Below are positions 9,974 through 20,224 of a DNA stretch of 51,216 nucleotides, piece by piece. The notes beneath the pieces are model-generated. The model was not told where the DNA came from and did no database searches. It saw only the letters and a list, made by a program, of their open reading frames with translations. This DNA comes from a virus (lineage: Duplodnaviria > Caudoviricetes), in IMG/VR virus record IMGVR_UViG_3300046028_004317, positions 1-51,216 of that record; one strand, given 5' to 3'. Every line of letters begins with the position of its first letter. Positions within the stretch are counted from its first letter, which is position 1. The translations under genes were made by a program, and so were the position numbers.

Positions 9974-10444
9974 ATGGGAGTTATCGTAAACCCAATTTTG
10001 AGTGGCTCTCCTCAAGATTCTGATCATACTGCAGCAACCATTTCTAAGATAATGGTATCTGGCGACACTATATTTACAATTTTTGGTGATGTCCAGATTA
10101 CAAGTCTTGTGTCTGAGTGCCAGACGGCGAACGGAGCAACTGCATCAAGTTTGCAATTCAGCTCAACCACTGCTCTCGGATCAACGTTAGCACTTTCCAA
10201 TGCCTCTACCAGCTTGGCTAATGTCGCTGCTGGGTACTCTGTTGCTATAGCGGCTGCATCTTCATTGGCAGAGGCTCCAATTCAGAGTGCATCTGGAATA
10301 ATGCTAAACACAGCATCTCGTGGCGTTAGGCTTCCGACAGGGGTTTTAAAGATAGTGATTGGAGTTGGGTCAACTACTGGAACATGGAGACACTTTGTTA
10401 GATATGAGCCTTTGTTGACAGGTTCTTACATAATAGCTGCATAA
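9974..10444 (+). CDS. Putative virion structural protein
   Basis: S/A/T-rich, beta-type sequence within the structural operon. Confidence 0.6.
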   Translation: MGVIVNPILSGSPQDSDHTAATISKIMVSGDTIFTIFGDVQITSLVSECQTANGATASSLQFSSTTALGSTLALSNASTSLANVAAGYSVAIAAASSLAEAPIQSASGIMLNTASRGVRLPTGVLKIVIGVGSTTGTWRHFVRYEPLLTGSYIIAA

Positions 10445-10453
10445 GGATCTGAT

Positions 10454-12505
10454 ATGGCCTATATAACAATCCCCGAACTACCAGCAGGAGTAACGCTCAC
10501 TGGATTAGAGCAGTTTGAGTCAGTGCAGGGCGGCGGATCTGTAAAGCTGTCCGCAGCTCAGATCAAGCTGTTCACGAGCTCCGTCCCAACGTTTGTGGTG
10601 AATGATGCCAACAATGCTGGCGTGTCGAACGTTGTCACCCTAACCCACACCACATCTGGAGTACCTGCTGTTGGTATTGGCGGGAGCCTTACCCTTTCTG
10701 CTGAGACGGCTCTTCTAGGCATTGTCACTGAGCAGGTAAAGCTTGTAGCTGTCTCTACTTCGGTCACCGCAGCTGCTGAAGCGGCTGACTTTGTTGTGCA
10801 GAACATGGTTGCAGGGACTGTTGCCGAGGTAGCTCGCATAACCTCTACCAAGAGGCTTGGGATTGGCACAGCTGCTCCTGCATGTGCGATTGATACGATC
10901 ACAGATGATGCGAACAACAACTCAGTTGTTCAGGTATTTAACGCAACGCACTCAACATCTGGATCGCCAGCTGTTGGGATCGGGACGAGACTTGCGCTCT
11001 CAACAGAGACAAGTGCTGCGCTGGTTAAGGTTGGCGGGGCAATAGACTCAGTTGTTACTGCAAATGGTGTTGGCGTTGAGTCATTTGGTCTGGCGGTTAA
11101 TGTTATGGCCTCTGGTACGCTGACAGAAGCTGCTAGGTTCATGGGAACCAAGCGCCTTGGGGTTGGTACTGAAACGCCTACGGCCACAATTGAGGCCGCT
11201 ATCGAGGATGCAAACCAAAGCAGCAATACGGTTGCCGGAAGGTTCACGCACACAACAAGCGGAACGCCTGCAGCTGGCATCGGTACATCTATTGAGCTCT
11301 TGACTGAGGTTCAGTCAAACACAACCAAGATCGGTGGCATTGTCGCCGCGATATCTACCAGTGTTGCTCCCGGCATAGAGGAGTTTGACTTGGCGTTCGG
11401 ATCTCTCCAGCGGGGATCGGAGAATCAGGAGACCATGCGCCTTCAGTCGGCGACTGCTTTCCATAATGCCCGCGTAGGGATTAATACATCCACCCCGGCA
11501 TCTACCCTGCAGGTAGTTACATCGGATATCGTGACGAACGTTGAGTCATCAGCGTTACGCCTATCGCACAATACCGCCAACGTTCCAGCCGCAGGGTTTG
11601 GAACGAACATAGAGTTCGAGTTAGAGACAACTGCTGGGGTTAACAAGGTTGGATCTACTATCTCATCTGTTATACAGACCACGACTTTAAGCTTAGAGGA
11701 TATTTATTTAAGCCTAAAGACGATGAATGCTGGCGTATCAGCTGAGCGTCTTCGCATTGGAACTACGGTTGCCGCAAGCGTTAACGTAACAACAACTGGT
11801 AACCTGATTGCGACAACGGGCAGGGTTGGTGCTGGAGTTGCGGCCCCAGCTGCATTTGTTGATGTGGCTGCTGGGACGTTAACTGTTCCAGCAATGAGGC
11901 TTGCCGCTGGGTCACTGCTAACTATTCCAGTTGCCGGATCACTTGAGCGTGATGTAAGCACCGCATACTTCACCCCGGCTGGTACAGCTAGGGGATTGAT
12001 AGTTGTTCAGAGCATGTTCCAGCTCGGTGCAGATAGAGCCCTTGCAAACGTTATAACCGCCCAGTCAATGTTTGGGGTGTCGACAGCTTTGGCGGCAACC
12101 ACCCGGTATGAATATGAGCTGGACATAGTATTCAACAATACTGCGGTAAGTGCAAAAGCAATTCAATATTCGCTCGGAGGTACGGCGACAGTAACCGCGC
12201 ATGAATACAACGTGATGTCATTCTTTGCCGCTGCGTTCACGACTCCTACCGCTCCAACCATGATGTACAATAGAACAGCAGCTCCCGGTACGCTGGTCTC
12301 AATTACACCTGCATCTGGTGCAATTGCTGGCAACTTCGTGTTGCGTATGAAGGGCAGCTTCGATGTTTCTGTTGCTGGTACTGTTGACTTCCTGATGGCG
12401 TTCACCGTTGCCCCTACTGTCGGAACTGCATTGTCGTCATCTCATATAATTTTGTGGCCCGTAGGAAACACTACGGGCAATACATCGGTAGGTAACTGGG
12501 CTTAA
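10454..12505 (+). CDS. Fibre/spike-like protein with four ~100-aa repeats
   Basis: ITIPELP N-terminal anchor; repeats D.N...THTTSG.PA.GIG...E; RLGIGT-type fibre motifs. Confidence 0.7.
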   Translation: MAYITIPELPAGVTLTGLEQFESVQGGGSVKLSAAQIKLFTSSVPTFVVNDANNAGVSNVVTLTHTTSGVPAVGIGGSLTLSAETALLGIVTEQVKLVAVSTSVTAAAEAADFVVQNMVAGTVAEVARITSTKRLGIGTAAPACAIDTITDDANNNSVVQVFNATHSTSGSPAVGIGTRLALSTETSAALVKVGGAIDSVVTANGVGVESFGLAVNVMASGTLTEAARFMGTKRLGVGTETPTATIEAAIEDANQSSNTVAGRFTHTTSGTPAAGIGTSIELLTEVQSNTTKIGGIVAAISTSVAPGIEEFDLAFGSLQRGSENQETMRLQSATAFHNARVGINTSTPASTLQVVTSDIVTNVESSALRLSHNTANVPAAGFGTNIEFELETTAGVNKVGSTISSVIQTTTLSLEDIYLSLKTMNAGVSAERLRIGTTVAASVNVTTTGNLIATTGRVGAGVAAPAAFVDVAAGTLTVPAMRLAAGSLLTIPVAGSLERDVSTAYFTPAGTARGLIVVQSMFQLGADRALANVITAQSMFGVSTALAATTRYEYELDIVFNNTAVSAKAIQYSLGGTATVTAHEYNVMSFFAAAFTTPTAPTMMYNRTAAPGTLVSITPASGAIAGNFVLRMKGSFDVSVAGTVDFLMAFTVAPTVGTALSSSHIILWPVGNTTGNTSVGNWA

Positions 12506-12524
12506 CCTAATCTAAGGAACGATC

Positions 12525-13154
12525 ATGGGAAAGACATTAAAGTACGGCGACTTCAGTTTTGGATCTGAGAATGGTTACACGGGCAGCGCCGGAAAGCAGA
12601 ACGTTAAGGGGTACGCTAGGGGTGGCAAGGCTAAGAAGGGTGGCGATGAGATCGCTTTCCTTGAGCGAGCCAATGCCCCTCGTGATGTTCTGAGGCATGA
12701 GATGGCTGAGAGAGAGGGTGATGCCGAGCCGCATGGTATGGTCATTCGTGAGATCTCACTCTTGAAGAAGGTTGGAGCTCCAGCTAAGATGATCCGGGCC
12801 GAGAGGGAAGAGGCGGGATGTGCAGCTGGTGGCCCTGTAAAGGGCAAGGCTCAAAAGAAGGTCGGGCTCGTAATGTCCGAGTTCAAGAAGGGAGCTCTCC
12901 ACTCTGGCAAGGACGGCAATGTCGTTAAGAACCCAAAGCAGGCGCTTGCAATTGCTATGTCTGAGTCACGGAAGATGGGCCATGGCGGATCTGCAGCTGA
13001 AGACATGGCTGCTGACAAGAAGCTAATTGATCAAGAGATCAAAAAGCATGCTGACAAACCAGCGTCACAAGCACATAATGGTCTGAAACGTGGTGGAAAG
13101 GCTGTTCCTTCCTACTCTAAGTTGCCAAAATTTGGTAAAATAATCCCAAGATAA
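12525..13154 (+). CDS. Basic multi-module protein with DUF6496-like segment and x-A-x-GG motifs
   Basis: KVGLVMSEFKKGALHSG...KNPKQALAIAMSESRK (DUF6496-like, from recall); YARGG, CAAGG, MGHGG, LKRGG. Confidence 0.7.
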   Translation: MGKTLKYGDFSFGSENGYTGSAGKQNVKGYARGGKAKKGGDEIAFLERANAPRDVLRHEMAEREGDAEPHGMVIREISLLKKVGAPAKMIRAEREEAGCAAGGPVKGKAQKKVGLVMSEFKKGALHSGKDGNVVKNPKQALAIAMSESRKMGHGGSAAEDMAADKKLIDQEIKKHADKPASQAHNGLKRGGKAVPSYSKLPKFGKIIPR

Positions 13155-13214
13155 GTTCAACAATAACCGCTGGGTCTGCCGCATCGGCATTCCGAACTAA
13201 CAGGAGCAGACTCG

Positions 13215-14201
13215 GTGGCCGTATCTGGAACAGTATCCCAAACAACATTCAACACACGAAAAGTCATCGATCATGCTTTTCGTAGGTGTCGCCTTCCACC
13301 AGAGGGCGTTGCCGCTGAACAACTGCAGGTTGCCCAAGAGACCCTATATCTAATCCTATCGCGCCTTGCGAACAGGGGTCTGCAGCTGTGGTGTATCGAT
13401 AAAGTCATTCTGCCGATGTACGAGAACATGGCATCAGTCCCCGCACCTGTTGGTACGGTGGATCTTCTCAATACGAATCTGAGAACGATGCAGTACCTAA
13501 CTGGTGTTGCTACTGGAACCGCAACAACCTCATCACTCTTCGTTGCTTCTGGCGCAATCGTCACCACGATTGGTGTGCAGTGGAGTGCTGCATCGGCTCC
13601 ATTCGTAATCGAGTGGTCAAATGACGGCCTGACATGGACTACAATCGAGACGATTGCGAATCCAAACCTGAATGCAGGCGCTTGGACATGGGCTGACATC
13701 GATGGATCTGTTAACGCAACATACTGGCGTGTTAGGGTAACCCTTGGAGTTCTCTCGCAAAGCAGCGTTCTATTTGGCAATACGCCGAATGAGATCGTCA
13801 TGGCTAGACTCAATAGAGATAGCTACTCAACTCTCCCAAACAAGACATTCCAAGGTAGACCGCTACAGTTCTGGCTTGATCGTCAGGTAGATCAGCCGTT
13901 CCTGTATATCTGGCCCGTTCCAAATGCCGCGTTCGAGATAGCCCAGATCGTGACTTATGTTAAGCGTTACATCATGGACGTTGGTACACTCGCACAAGAG
14001 ATTGAAGTGCCGCAGCGTTGGTACGATGCAATCGTGTACCTGCTGGCTGCGGAGATGGCTGAGCAGTTGCCAGCGATTGATCCGAACATGGCGGCATTGC
14101 TGGATCAGAAGGCTCAGAGGTCATTGCTTGAGGCAGAAGAGGAAGAGAGAGATAATTCACCCGTCTACTTCACCCCTAACATTGGAGTGTACACACGATG
14201 A
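13215..14201 (+). CDS. Probable head-tail adaptor with inserted discoidin-like beta domain
   Basis: GTG start with aggag RBS; LANRGLQLW, GRPLQFW, LYIWPVP; insert IEWSNDGLTWTTI...YWRVR. Confidence 0.65.
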   Translation: MAVSGTVSQTTFNTRKVIDHAFRRCRLPPEGVAAEQLQVAQETLYLILSRLANRGLQLWCIDKVILPMYENMASVPAPVGTVDLLNTNLRTMQYLTGVATGTATTSSLFVASGAIVTTIGVQWSAASAPFVIEWSNDGLTWTTIETIANPNLNAGAWTWADIDGSVNATYWRVRVTLGVLSQSSVLFGNTPNEIVMARLNRDSYSTLPNKTFQGRPLQFWLDRQVDQPFLYIWPVPNAAFEIAQIVTYVKRYIMDVGTLAQEIEVPQRWYDAIVYLLAAEMAEQLPAIDPNMAALLDQKAQRSLLEAEEEERDNSPVYFTPNIGVYTR

Positions 14202-14425
14202 GCATATACCTCGATCCAACCGGGAAGTCCACATACGGCATTGCGCTATGCGCCCGCTGCAGCATAAAGATGTCAATCGAGGATCTGTACTCTGATCCAA
14301 ACAGCCCCGGTCTGATGGTGTGCGAGAAGGATCTTGATGACCTAGATCCGTATCGGTTGCCAGCAAGACAGACTGAAATTATAACGTTGAAGTTCACCCG
14401 ACCAGACACCCCACTGAGGCCCTAA
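14198..14425 (+). CDS. Small Cys-containing (Zn-finger-like) protein
   Basis: CARC ... GLMVC..D.D..DP; ATGA overlap. Confidence 0.65.
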   Translation: MSIYLDPTGKSTYGIALCARCSIKMSIEDLYSDPNSPGLMVCEKDLDDLDPYRLPARQTEIITLKFTRPDTPLRP

Positions 14426-14427
14426 AA

Positions 14428-17400
14428 ATGGCAGTCACAATTATCACAAAGAACAATGCAGCACCCGGAATCGCCCCATCAGCAGGGCAATTGGTTCAGG
14501 GCGAGTTGGCGATCAACGTCACAGACAACAAGCTCTACAGTCTTGATAGTGTTGGCAACGTTATTCTGGTGGCGAGTGGGCCACTTTTTGAGACCCCTGT
14601 TGTCATCAATGTCAACGATGCCACGCACAATGCCGTAACGATCACACAGACTGGTGCTGGCGGTGGTGTCAGGATTACAAATACGGGTGCGGGCAATTCA
14701 TTTGTTGTAGAAGACTCAGCAAATCCAGATGTCACCCCATTTGTTATTGATCCGAGTGGCAATGTTGGGATTGGCAACACCCCTAGCGGCGCGTTCAAGC
14801 TTGAAGTTACTGGCGGCGATGCGAGCATAAATACAGTAAGCATAGGATTGGGCGGCGGGAATGTAAGTACCAACATTGCTATAGGATCGACTGCACTCGA
14901 CTCAAACACAATTGGCACTAACAACACAGCTCTTGGATATGGCGCACTCACTACCAACGCAACTGGTGTTAGTAACACAGCCGTTGGATCTGCCGCACTC
15001 AATCTCAACACAACTGGTATTAATAACACAGCAGTTGGTAATGCCGCACTCGCTTCCAACACAACTGGCATTAACAACACTGCTCTTGGATATGCCACAC
15101 TCCAATCCAACACAACTGGTTTCAACAACACAGCAGTTGGTAATGCCGCACTCGCTTCCAACACAACTGGTATCCAGAACACGGCTCTTGGGAATGGCAC
15201 ACTCGGGGGCAACACAACAGGTTCCTTTAACGTAGCAGTGGGTTTGCAAGCACTTAACGTCTCTACAGTAGATAGCTTAACAGCCATTGGCTTCCAAGCT
15301 CTAAAGGCCAACACAGCTGGTACTGCTAACACAGCTCTTGGCTATCTTGCCCTAACTGCCAACACAACTGGCACTCAGAACACAGCAGTTGGAACTAGCA
15401 CACTCCAAGCCAACACAACTGGTACTAACAACACAGCAGTTGGTGTAAATGCACTCGCTACCAACACAATTGGTACTCAGAACACAGCAGTTGGTCGTAG
15501 TACACTCCTAAACAACACAACTGGTACTAATAACTCAGCAGTTGGATACAACGCACTCACTTCCAACACAACTGGTATTAGTAACACTGCAGTTGGCGAT
15601 AGCGCACTCTTCTCCAATACAACTGGCATTCAGAACACAGCAGTTGGTCGTAGTACACTCGCAGCGAACATCATTGGCTCTGGTAACGTAGCAGTTGGTC
15701 GTAGTGCACTCGCAGCTTCTACAGTAGACAACTCAACAGCAGTTGGATATAACGCCCTAACTGCTAACACAACAGGTGTTCAGAATACAGCTCTTGGGTA
15801 TACCGCACTCCTCGCTAACACAATTGGTACTAACAACACAGCCGTTGGATATACCGCCTTAGCTGCCAACACAACTGGTACTAGTAACACAGCAGTTGGA
15901 AGTGGCGCACTCTTATCCAACTCAACTGGTGTCCAGAATACAGCAGTTGGAGGTGGCGCACTCTCTACCAACTCAACTGGTGTCAATAACACAGCGGTGG
16001 GATATAACGCACTCTTATCCAACACAACTGGCGTTGATAACGTAGCAATGGGTCGGGGCGCACTCGCTAACAACACAACTGGCAGTAGTAACACTGCAGT
16101 TGGAAATACCGCACTCAATGCCAACACAACTGGTACTAACAACGTAGCAGTTGGACTTTCCGCACTCACTTCCAACACAACTGGTACTCAGAATACAGCA
16201 GTTGGAGTTTCTGCACTCGCTGTCAACACAATTGGCACTGCCAACACAGCAGTTGGAAATGGCGCACTCGCTCTTAACACAACTGGTGCCAATAACGCAG
16301 CGGTTGGAGTTTCCGCACTAAATGCCAACACAATTGGTTTCAACAACACAGCAGTTGGCTATCAAGCACTCTTCTCCAATACAATTGGTGTTGATAACAC
16401 AGCAGTTGGAAATGCCGCACTCAATCTCAACACAACTGGTGTTAATAACACAGCTCTTGGAAATGCCGCACTCGGTTCCAACACAGTAGGTATCAATAAC
16501 ACAGCAGTTGGTGTGAGCACACTCGCTGCTAACACAACTGGCGCTAATAACACAGCAGTTGGAGCTGCCGCACTCGCTACCAATACAATTGGTACTGCCA
16601 ACACTGCAGTTGGCGATAGCGCACTCTTCTCCAACACAACTGGTGTCAATAACACAGCCGTTGGTCGTAATGCACTCCAACTCAACACAATTGGTGTTCA
16701 GAACACAGCTCTTGGATCTAACGCACTAACTGCCAACACAACTGGCAATAATAATGCGGCAGTTGGATATAACGCACTCGCTGCTAACACAACTGGTGCT
16801 GAGAACACAGCAATGGGTCGGGGCGCACTCGCAAACAACACAATTGGCACTCAGAATACAGCAGTTGGATCTGTCGCACTCAATGCCAACACAACTGGTG
16901 CTTATAACACAGCAGTTGGCTATCAATCGCTCTACTCCAATACAACTGGTATTCAGAACACAGCAGTTGGTTTAAATGCACTCTTCGTCAACACAATTGG
17001 CGTTAACAACACAGCTCTTGGGTATACCGCACTCGCTGCTAACACAACTGGCGCTAGTAACACTGCAGTTGGAGCTGCCGCACTCGCTACCAATACAATT
17101 GGTACTCAGAACACAGCTCTTGGGTATACCGCACTCGTTGCCAACACAACAGGTATCAATAACACAGCTCTTGGGTATACCGCACTCGCAGCCAACACAA
17201 TTGATTCTAATAACACAGCAGTAGGCTCACAAGCACTCCTAAACAGCACAGCATCTAACTTAACAGCAGTTGGTTCCCGAGCTCTAAGGGCTAACACAGT
17301 AGGTACTAATAACACAGCAGTTGGATATTCCGCACTCATTGTTAACACAACTGGTCTCGATAACACAGCTCTTGGATCTAACACGCTCTCTGCTAACACA

Positions 17401-18843
17401 ACTGGCGCTTATAACACAGCAGTAGGTTCACAAGCACTCCAAGTCAACACTGGCAGCAGCAACACTGCAGTTGGCTTCCAAACCCTAGCTTCTAACACAA
17501 CTGGCGCTAATAACACGGCTCTTGGTGTTTTTGCACTCTCTTCCAACACAACTGGTATTGGCAACACAGCGTTGGGTGTGAGTGCACTCTCTTTCAACAC
17601 AATTGGCACTAACAACATAGCAGTTGGAGGTGGCGCACTCCAATCCAACACAACTGGTGTTAGTAACGTAGCAGTGGGTCGGAATGCACTCTTATCCAAC
17701 ATAACTGGTGTTGGCAACGTAGCAGTTGGCAATAACGCACTCGGCGGCAACATAGGTGGTACTAGTAACACAGCAGTTGGAAATAGCGCACTCAATGCCA
17801 ACACAGCTGGATCTAATAACGTAGCAGTTGGAGGTAGCGCACTCGTTGCCAACACAACTGGTACTGCTAATACTGCAGTTGGATTTAACGCCCTAACTAC
17901 CAACACAATTGGCACTAACAACATAGCAGTTGGTCAGAATGCACTCCAGAACAACACAACTGGTGTTAGTAACGTAGCAGTTGGGAATGCCGCACTCGGT
18001 GTCAACACAATTGGTATTAATAACGTAGCAGTTGGATTTGCCGCACTCAATGCCAACACAACTGGTGTTCAGAATACAGCTCTAGGCTATCAAGCACTCC
18101 AAACCAACACAATTGGTACTAACAACGTAGCCGTTGGATATAACGCACTCTTCTCCAATACAACTGGCATTCAGAACACAGCAGTTGGTGTAAATGCACT
18201 CACTGCCAACACAACTGGTGTTAATAACACAGCAATTGGTCAGAATGCTGGCGTAGTCCTTACATCTGGCGGAACAAATACCATTGCTGGTTACAACACT
18301 GGACTGCTATTGACTACTGGTTCCAGCAACCAAGTATTTGGTGACGCAATCACCCTTGCTGCTGCTGCGACTGGCCGTATTGCAATTGGTCGTAACTTTA
18401 CGCAGGGTGTGGATAACTCTGTAATCATAGGTAACGGTACTGCTCGTATCTCATGTCCGTACACAGCAAGTGCAGTATGGACATTCTCATCAGATGAGCG
18501 TATCAAGAACGTTGTCGGGAAAGATACCCTTGGCCTTGATTTTATTAATGAGCTCGAGCCCGTAACCTTCCGCTGGAAGCCATCCAATGAAATCACTGAG
18601 GATTTGACTACTCAGTACAAGGAAGAGAATGTAAAGGATACAGAGATAGTAATGCATGGTCTTATAGCGCAGAATGTAAAGGCTGCGCTCGATAAGGCTG
18701 GTGTGGATACATTCAGCGACCTATGGAGTACTGACGAGGATGGGACGCAGCGGCTGGGAAATGCAGCACTAATAACCCCATTAATCAACGCAATTAAAGA
18801 ACTAGATGCTAAGTTCGAGGCATACAAGGCAAGTCATCCATGA
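14428..18843 (+). CDS. Long tail fibre/adhesin: 17-aa tandem repeats plus C-terminal peptidase S74 intramolecular chaperone
   Basis: GELAINVTDNKLY N-terminal anchor; roughly 65 NTTGxxNTAVGxxAL repeats; SDERIK...GLIAQ...LINAIKEL. Confidence 0.9.
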   Translation: MAVTIITKNNAAPGIAPSAGQLVQGELAINVTDNKLYSLDSVGNVILVASGPLFETPVVINVNDATHNAVTITQTGAGGGVRITNTGAGNSFVVEDSANPDVTPFVIDPSGNVGIGNTPSGAFKLEVTGGDASINTVSIGLGGGNVSTNIAIGSTALDSNTIGTNNTALGYGALTTNATGVSNTAVGSAALNLNTTGINNTAVGNAALASNTTGINNTALGYATLQSNTTGFNNTAVGNAALASNTTGIQNTALGNGTLGGNTTGSFNVAVGLQALNVSTVDSLTAIGFQALKANTAGTANTALGYLALTANTTGTQNTAVGTSTLQANTTGTNNTAVGVNALATNTIGTQNTAVGRSTLLNNTTGTNNSAVGYNALTSNTTGISNTAVGDSALFSNTTGIQNTAVGRSTLAANIIGSGNVAVGRSALAASTVDNSTAVGYNALTANTTGVQNTALGYTALLANTIGTNNTAVGYTALAANTTGTSNTAVGSGALLSNSTGVQNTAVGGGALSTNSTGVNNTAVGYNALLSNTTGVDNVAMGRGALANNTTGSSNTAVGNTALNANTTGTNNVAVGLSALTSNTTGTQNTAVGVSALAVNTIGTANTAVGNGALALNTTGANNAAVGVSALNANTIGFNNTAVGYQALFSNTIGVDNTAVGNAALNLNTTGVNNTALGNAALGSNTVGINNTAVGVSTLAANTTGANNTAVGAAALATNTIGTANTAVGDSALFSNTTGVNNTAVGRNALQLNTIGVQNTALGSNALTANTTGNNNAAVGYNALAANTTGAENTAMGRGALANNTIGTQNTAVGSVALNANTTGAYNTAVGYQSLYSNTTGIQNTAVGLNALFVNTIGVNNTALGYTALAANTTGASNTAVGAAALATNTIGTQNTALGYTALVANTTGINNTALGYTALAANTIDSNNTAVGSQALLNSTASNLTAVGSRALRANTVGTNNTAVGYSALIVNTTGLDNTALGSNTLSANTTGAYNTAVGSQALQVNTGSSNTAVGFQTLASNTTGANNTALGVFALSSNTTGIGNTALGVSALSFNTIGTNNIAVGGGALQSNTTGVSNVAVGRNALLSNITGVGNVAVGNNALGGNIGGTSNTAVGNSALNANTAGSNNVAVGGSALVANTTGTANTAVGFNALTTNTIGTNNIAVGQNALQNNTTGVSNVAVGNAALGVNTIGINNVAVGFAALNANTTGVQNTALGYQALQTNTIGTNNVAVGYNALFSNTTGIQNTAVGVNALTANTTGVNNTAIGQNAGVVLTSGGTNTIAGYNTGLLLTTGSSNQVFGDAITLAAAATGRIAIGRNFTQGVDNSVIIGNGTARISCPYTASAVWTFSSDERIKNVVGKDTLGLDFINELEPVTFRWKPSNEITEDLTTQYKEENVKDTEIVMHGLIAQNVKAALDKAGVDTFSDLWSTDEDGTQRLGNAALITPLINAIKELDAKFEAYKASHP
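14890..18260 (+). repeat. 51-bp coding tandem repeat array (approximately 65 units)
   Basis: Recurrent aacacaactgg...aacacagcagttgg...gcactc; boundaries approximate. Confidence 0.9.
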
Positions 18844-19559
18844 GAAAAGTCCTATTCGGAACCCCCTGCTACGATGGCAAGGTAAATGCAGAGTTCCTGC
18901 ATTCACTGGTCAACACCATCAAGATGTGCCCACCTGACATAGAGATCATCCCCATTCAGGTCTGCTATGACGCTCTGGTGCAGAGAGCTCGGAACGATCT
19001 GTTCCAGATGGCAGTAGAGTCTGGCTGTGATGACATCATATTCATGGATGCCGATCAGGAGTGGAACCCAGAATGGATATTTACGCTACTCAATCACCCT
19101 GTTGACGTTGTTGGCGGGACGGTAATTAAGAAGAGCGATGAGATCGCATTCAACGTAAAGATACTAGATAGCGGCATGAAGGTAGAGGAGAATGGCTTGA
19201 TAGAGGTTGTATCAGTCGGCACAGGCTTCCTGCGGGTCTCCAAAGAGGCCATTCAGTCTATCTGGGAGATTAGTAGCGAATATACCAGCCAAGGCAAGAC
19301 CAGCAGGCTGGTATTTGATATTAAGATCATAGATGGCGAGCTGATAAGCGAGGATAATATCTTCTGTCGCAAGTGGGCGGATCTTGGTGGGAAGGTGTAC
19401 ATCGACCCGACCATGACCTGCAACCATATTGGCGTTAAAAAGTATTCTGGCAATTTCTTAGAGTTCATCAATTCATTGGCCGTTAAGGAGATGGCTCCAA
19501 GCCCAGTGATCAATGACGGAATCGATGAATTTGGTGAAGCAGCTGTCATCCACCCATAA
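18840..19559 (+). CDS. GT-A fold glycosyltransferase-like protein
   Basis: VLFGTPCY, LVQRARN, FMDAD (DxD), GTGFL, SEDNIFC, CNHIG; translationally coupled to the fibre gene. Confidence 0.75.
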   Translation: MRKVLFGTPCYDGKVNAEFLHSLVNTIKMCPPDIEIIPIQVCYDALVQRARNDLFQMAVESGCDDIIFMDADQEWNPEWIFTLLNHPVDVVGGTVIKKSDEIAFNVKILDSGMKVEENGLIEVVSVGTGFLRVSKEAIQSIWEISSEYTSQGKTSRLVFDIKIIDGELISEDNIFCRKWADLGGKVYIDPTMTCNHIGVKKYSGNFLEFINSLAVKEMAPSPVINDGIDEFGEAAVIHP

Positions 19560-19568
19560 GGAGCTGTA

Positions 19569-20222
19569 ATGCCACAAGCAATGACATTCAACTCGCTCAA
19601 AGATGACATCAGAAGTTATCTTGAGCGGGGGGCATCAGCAGCAACTGATCCACTCGTCTATGCACAGATCCCCCGACTGATCAACCTAGCAGAGAGAAGG
19701 ATCGCTAGGGACATCAAGGTTCAGGGGTTCTTGGTTGCTGTAACAAGTACCCTGCAGGTAAATATTCCAGTGATCCCAAAGCCTGATCGGTGGAGAGAGA
19801 CTGTCTCAATGAATATCGGTCTCGACCCACAGGGCAACCAGAGGTCGATGATCTACCCAAGGTCATATGAGTACTGCCGCTCTTACTGGCCCAACCAGAC
19901 TGACGTTGCACAGCCAGAGTTCTATGCGGACTACAACTACACCAACTGGCTGGTTGTTCCAACGCCTGATGTGGCGTATCCAATTGAGATCCTGTACTAC
20001 GAGCTGCCTGCCTTGCTGGATGATCAGGTACAGACCAACTGGCTAACCAACTTTGCACCTAATTTGTTGTTGTACGGCACTCTCTTGGAGGCCACCCCTT
20101 ATCTCAAGAACGATGAGCGGATACCGACATGGATGAGCTTCTATCAGATGGCTGCAACCGCACTTGATACAGAAGACACGAAGAAAATCTTTGATAGATC
20201 AGCAGCTCGGGACGAGGCTTAA
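19569..20222 (+). CDS. Tail tubular A / adaptor-like protein
   Basis: INLAERRI, VPTPD..Y..EILYY, TNWL...PNLLLYGTLLEA. Confidence 0.7.
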   Translation: MPQAMTFNSLKDDIRSYLERGASAATDPLVYAQIPRLINLAERRIARDIKVQGFLVAVTSTLQVNIPVIPKPDRWRETVSMNIGLDPQGNQRSMIYPRSYEYCRSYWPNQTDVAQPEFYADYNYTNWLVVPTPDVAYPIEILYYELPALLDDQVQTNWLTNFAPNLLLYGTLLEATPYLKNDERIPTWMSFYQMAATALDTEDTKKIFDRSAARDEA

Positions 20223-20224
20223 TT

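Noticed and set aside
14535-17924. Long antisense and alternate-frame ORFs over the fibre gene
   Set aside because: Shadow ORFs caused by repeat codon usage; no independent signals
14890-18260. Diversity-generating retroelement (AAC-rich repeats)
   Set aside because: No reverse transcriptase in the genome; the repeats are tandem coding units, not a TR/VR pair differing at adenines
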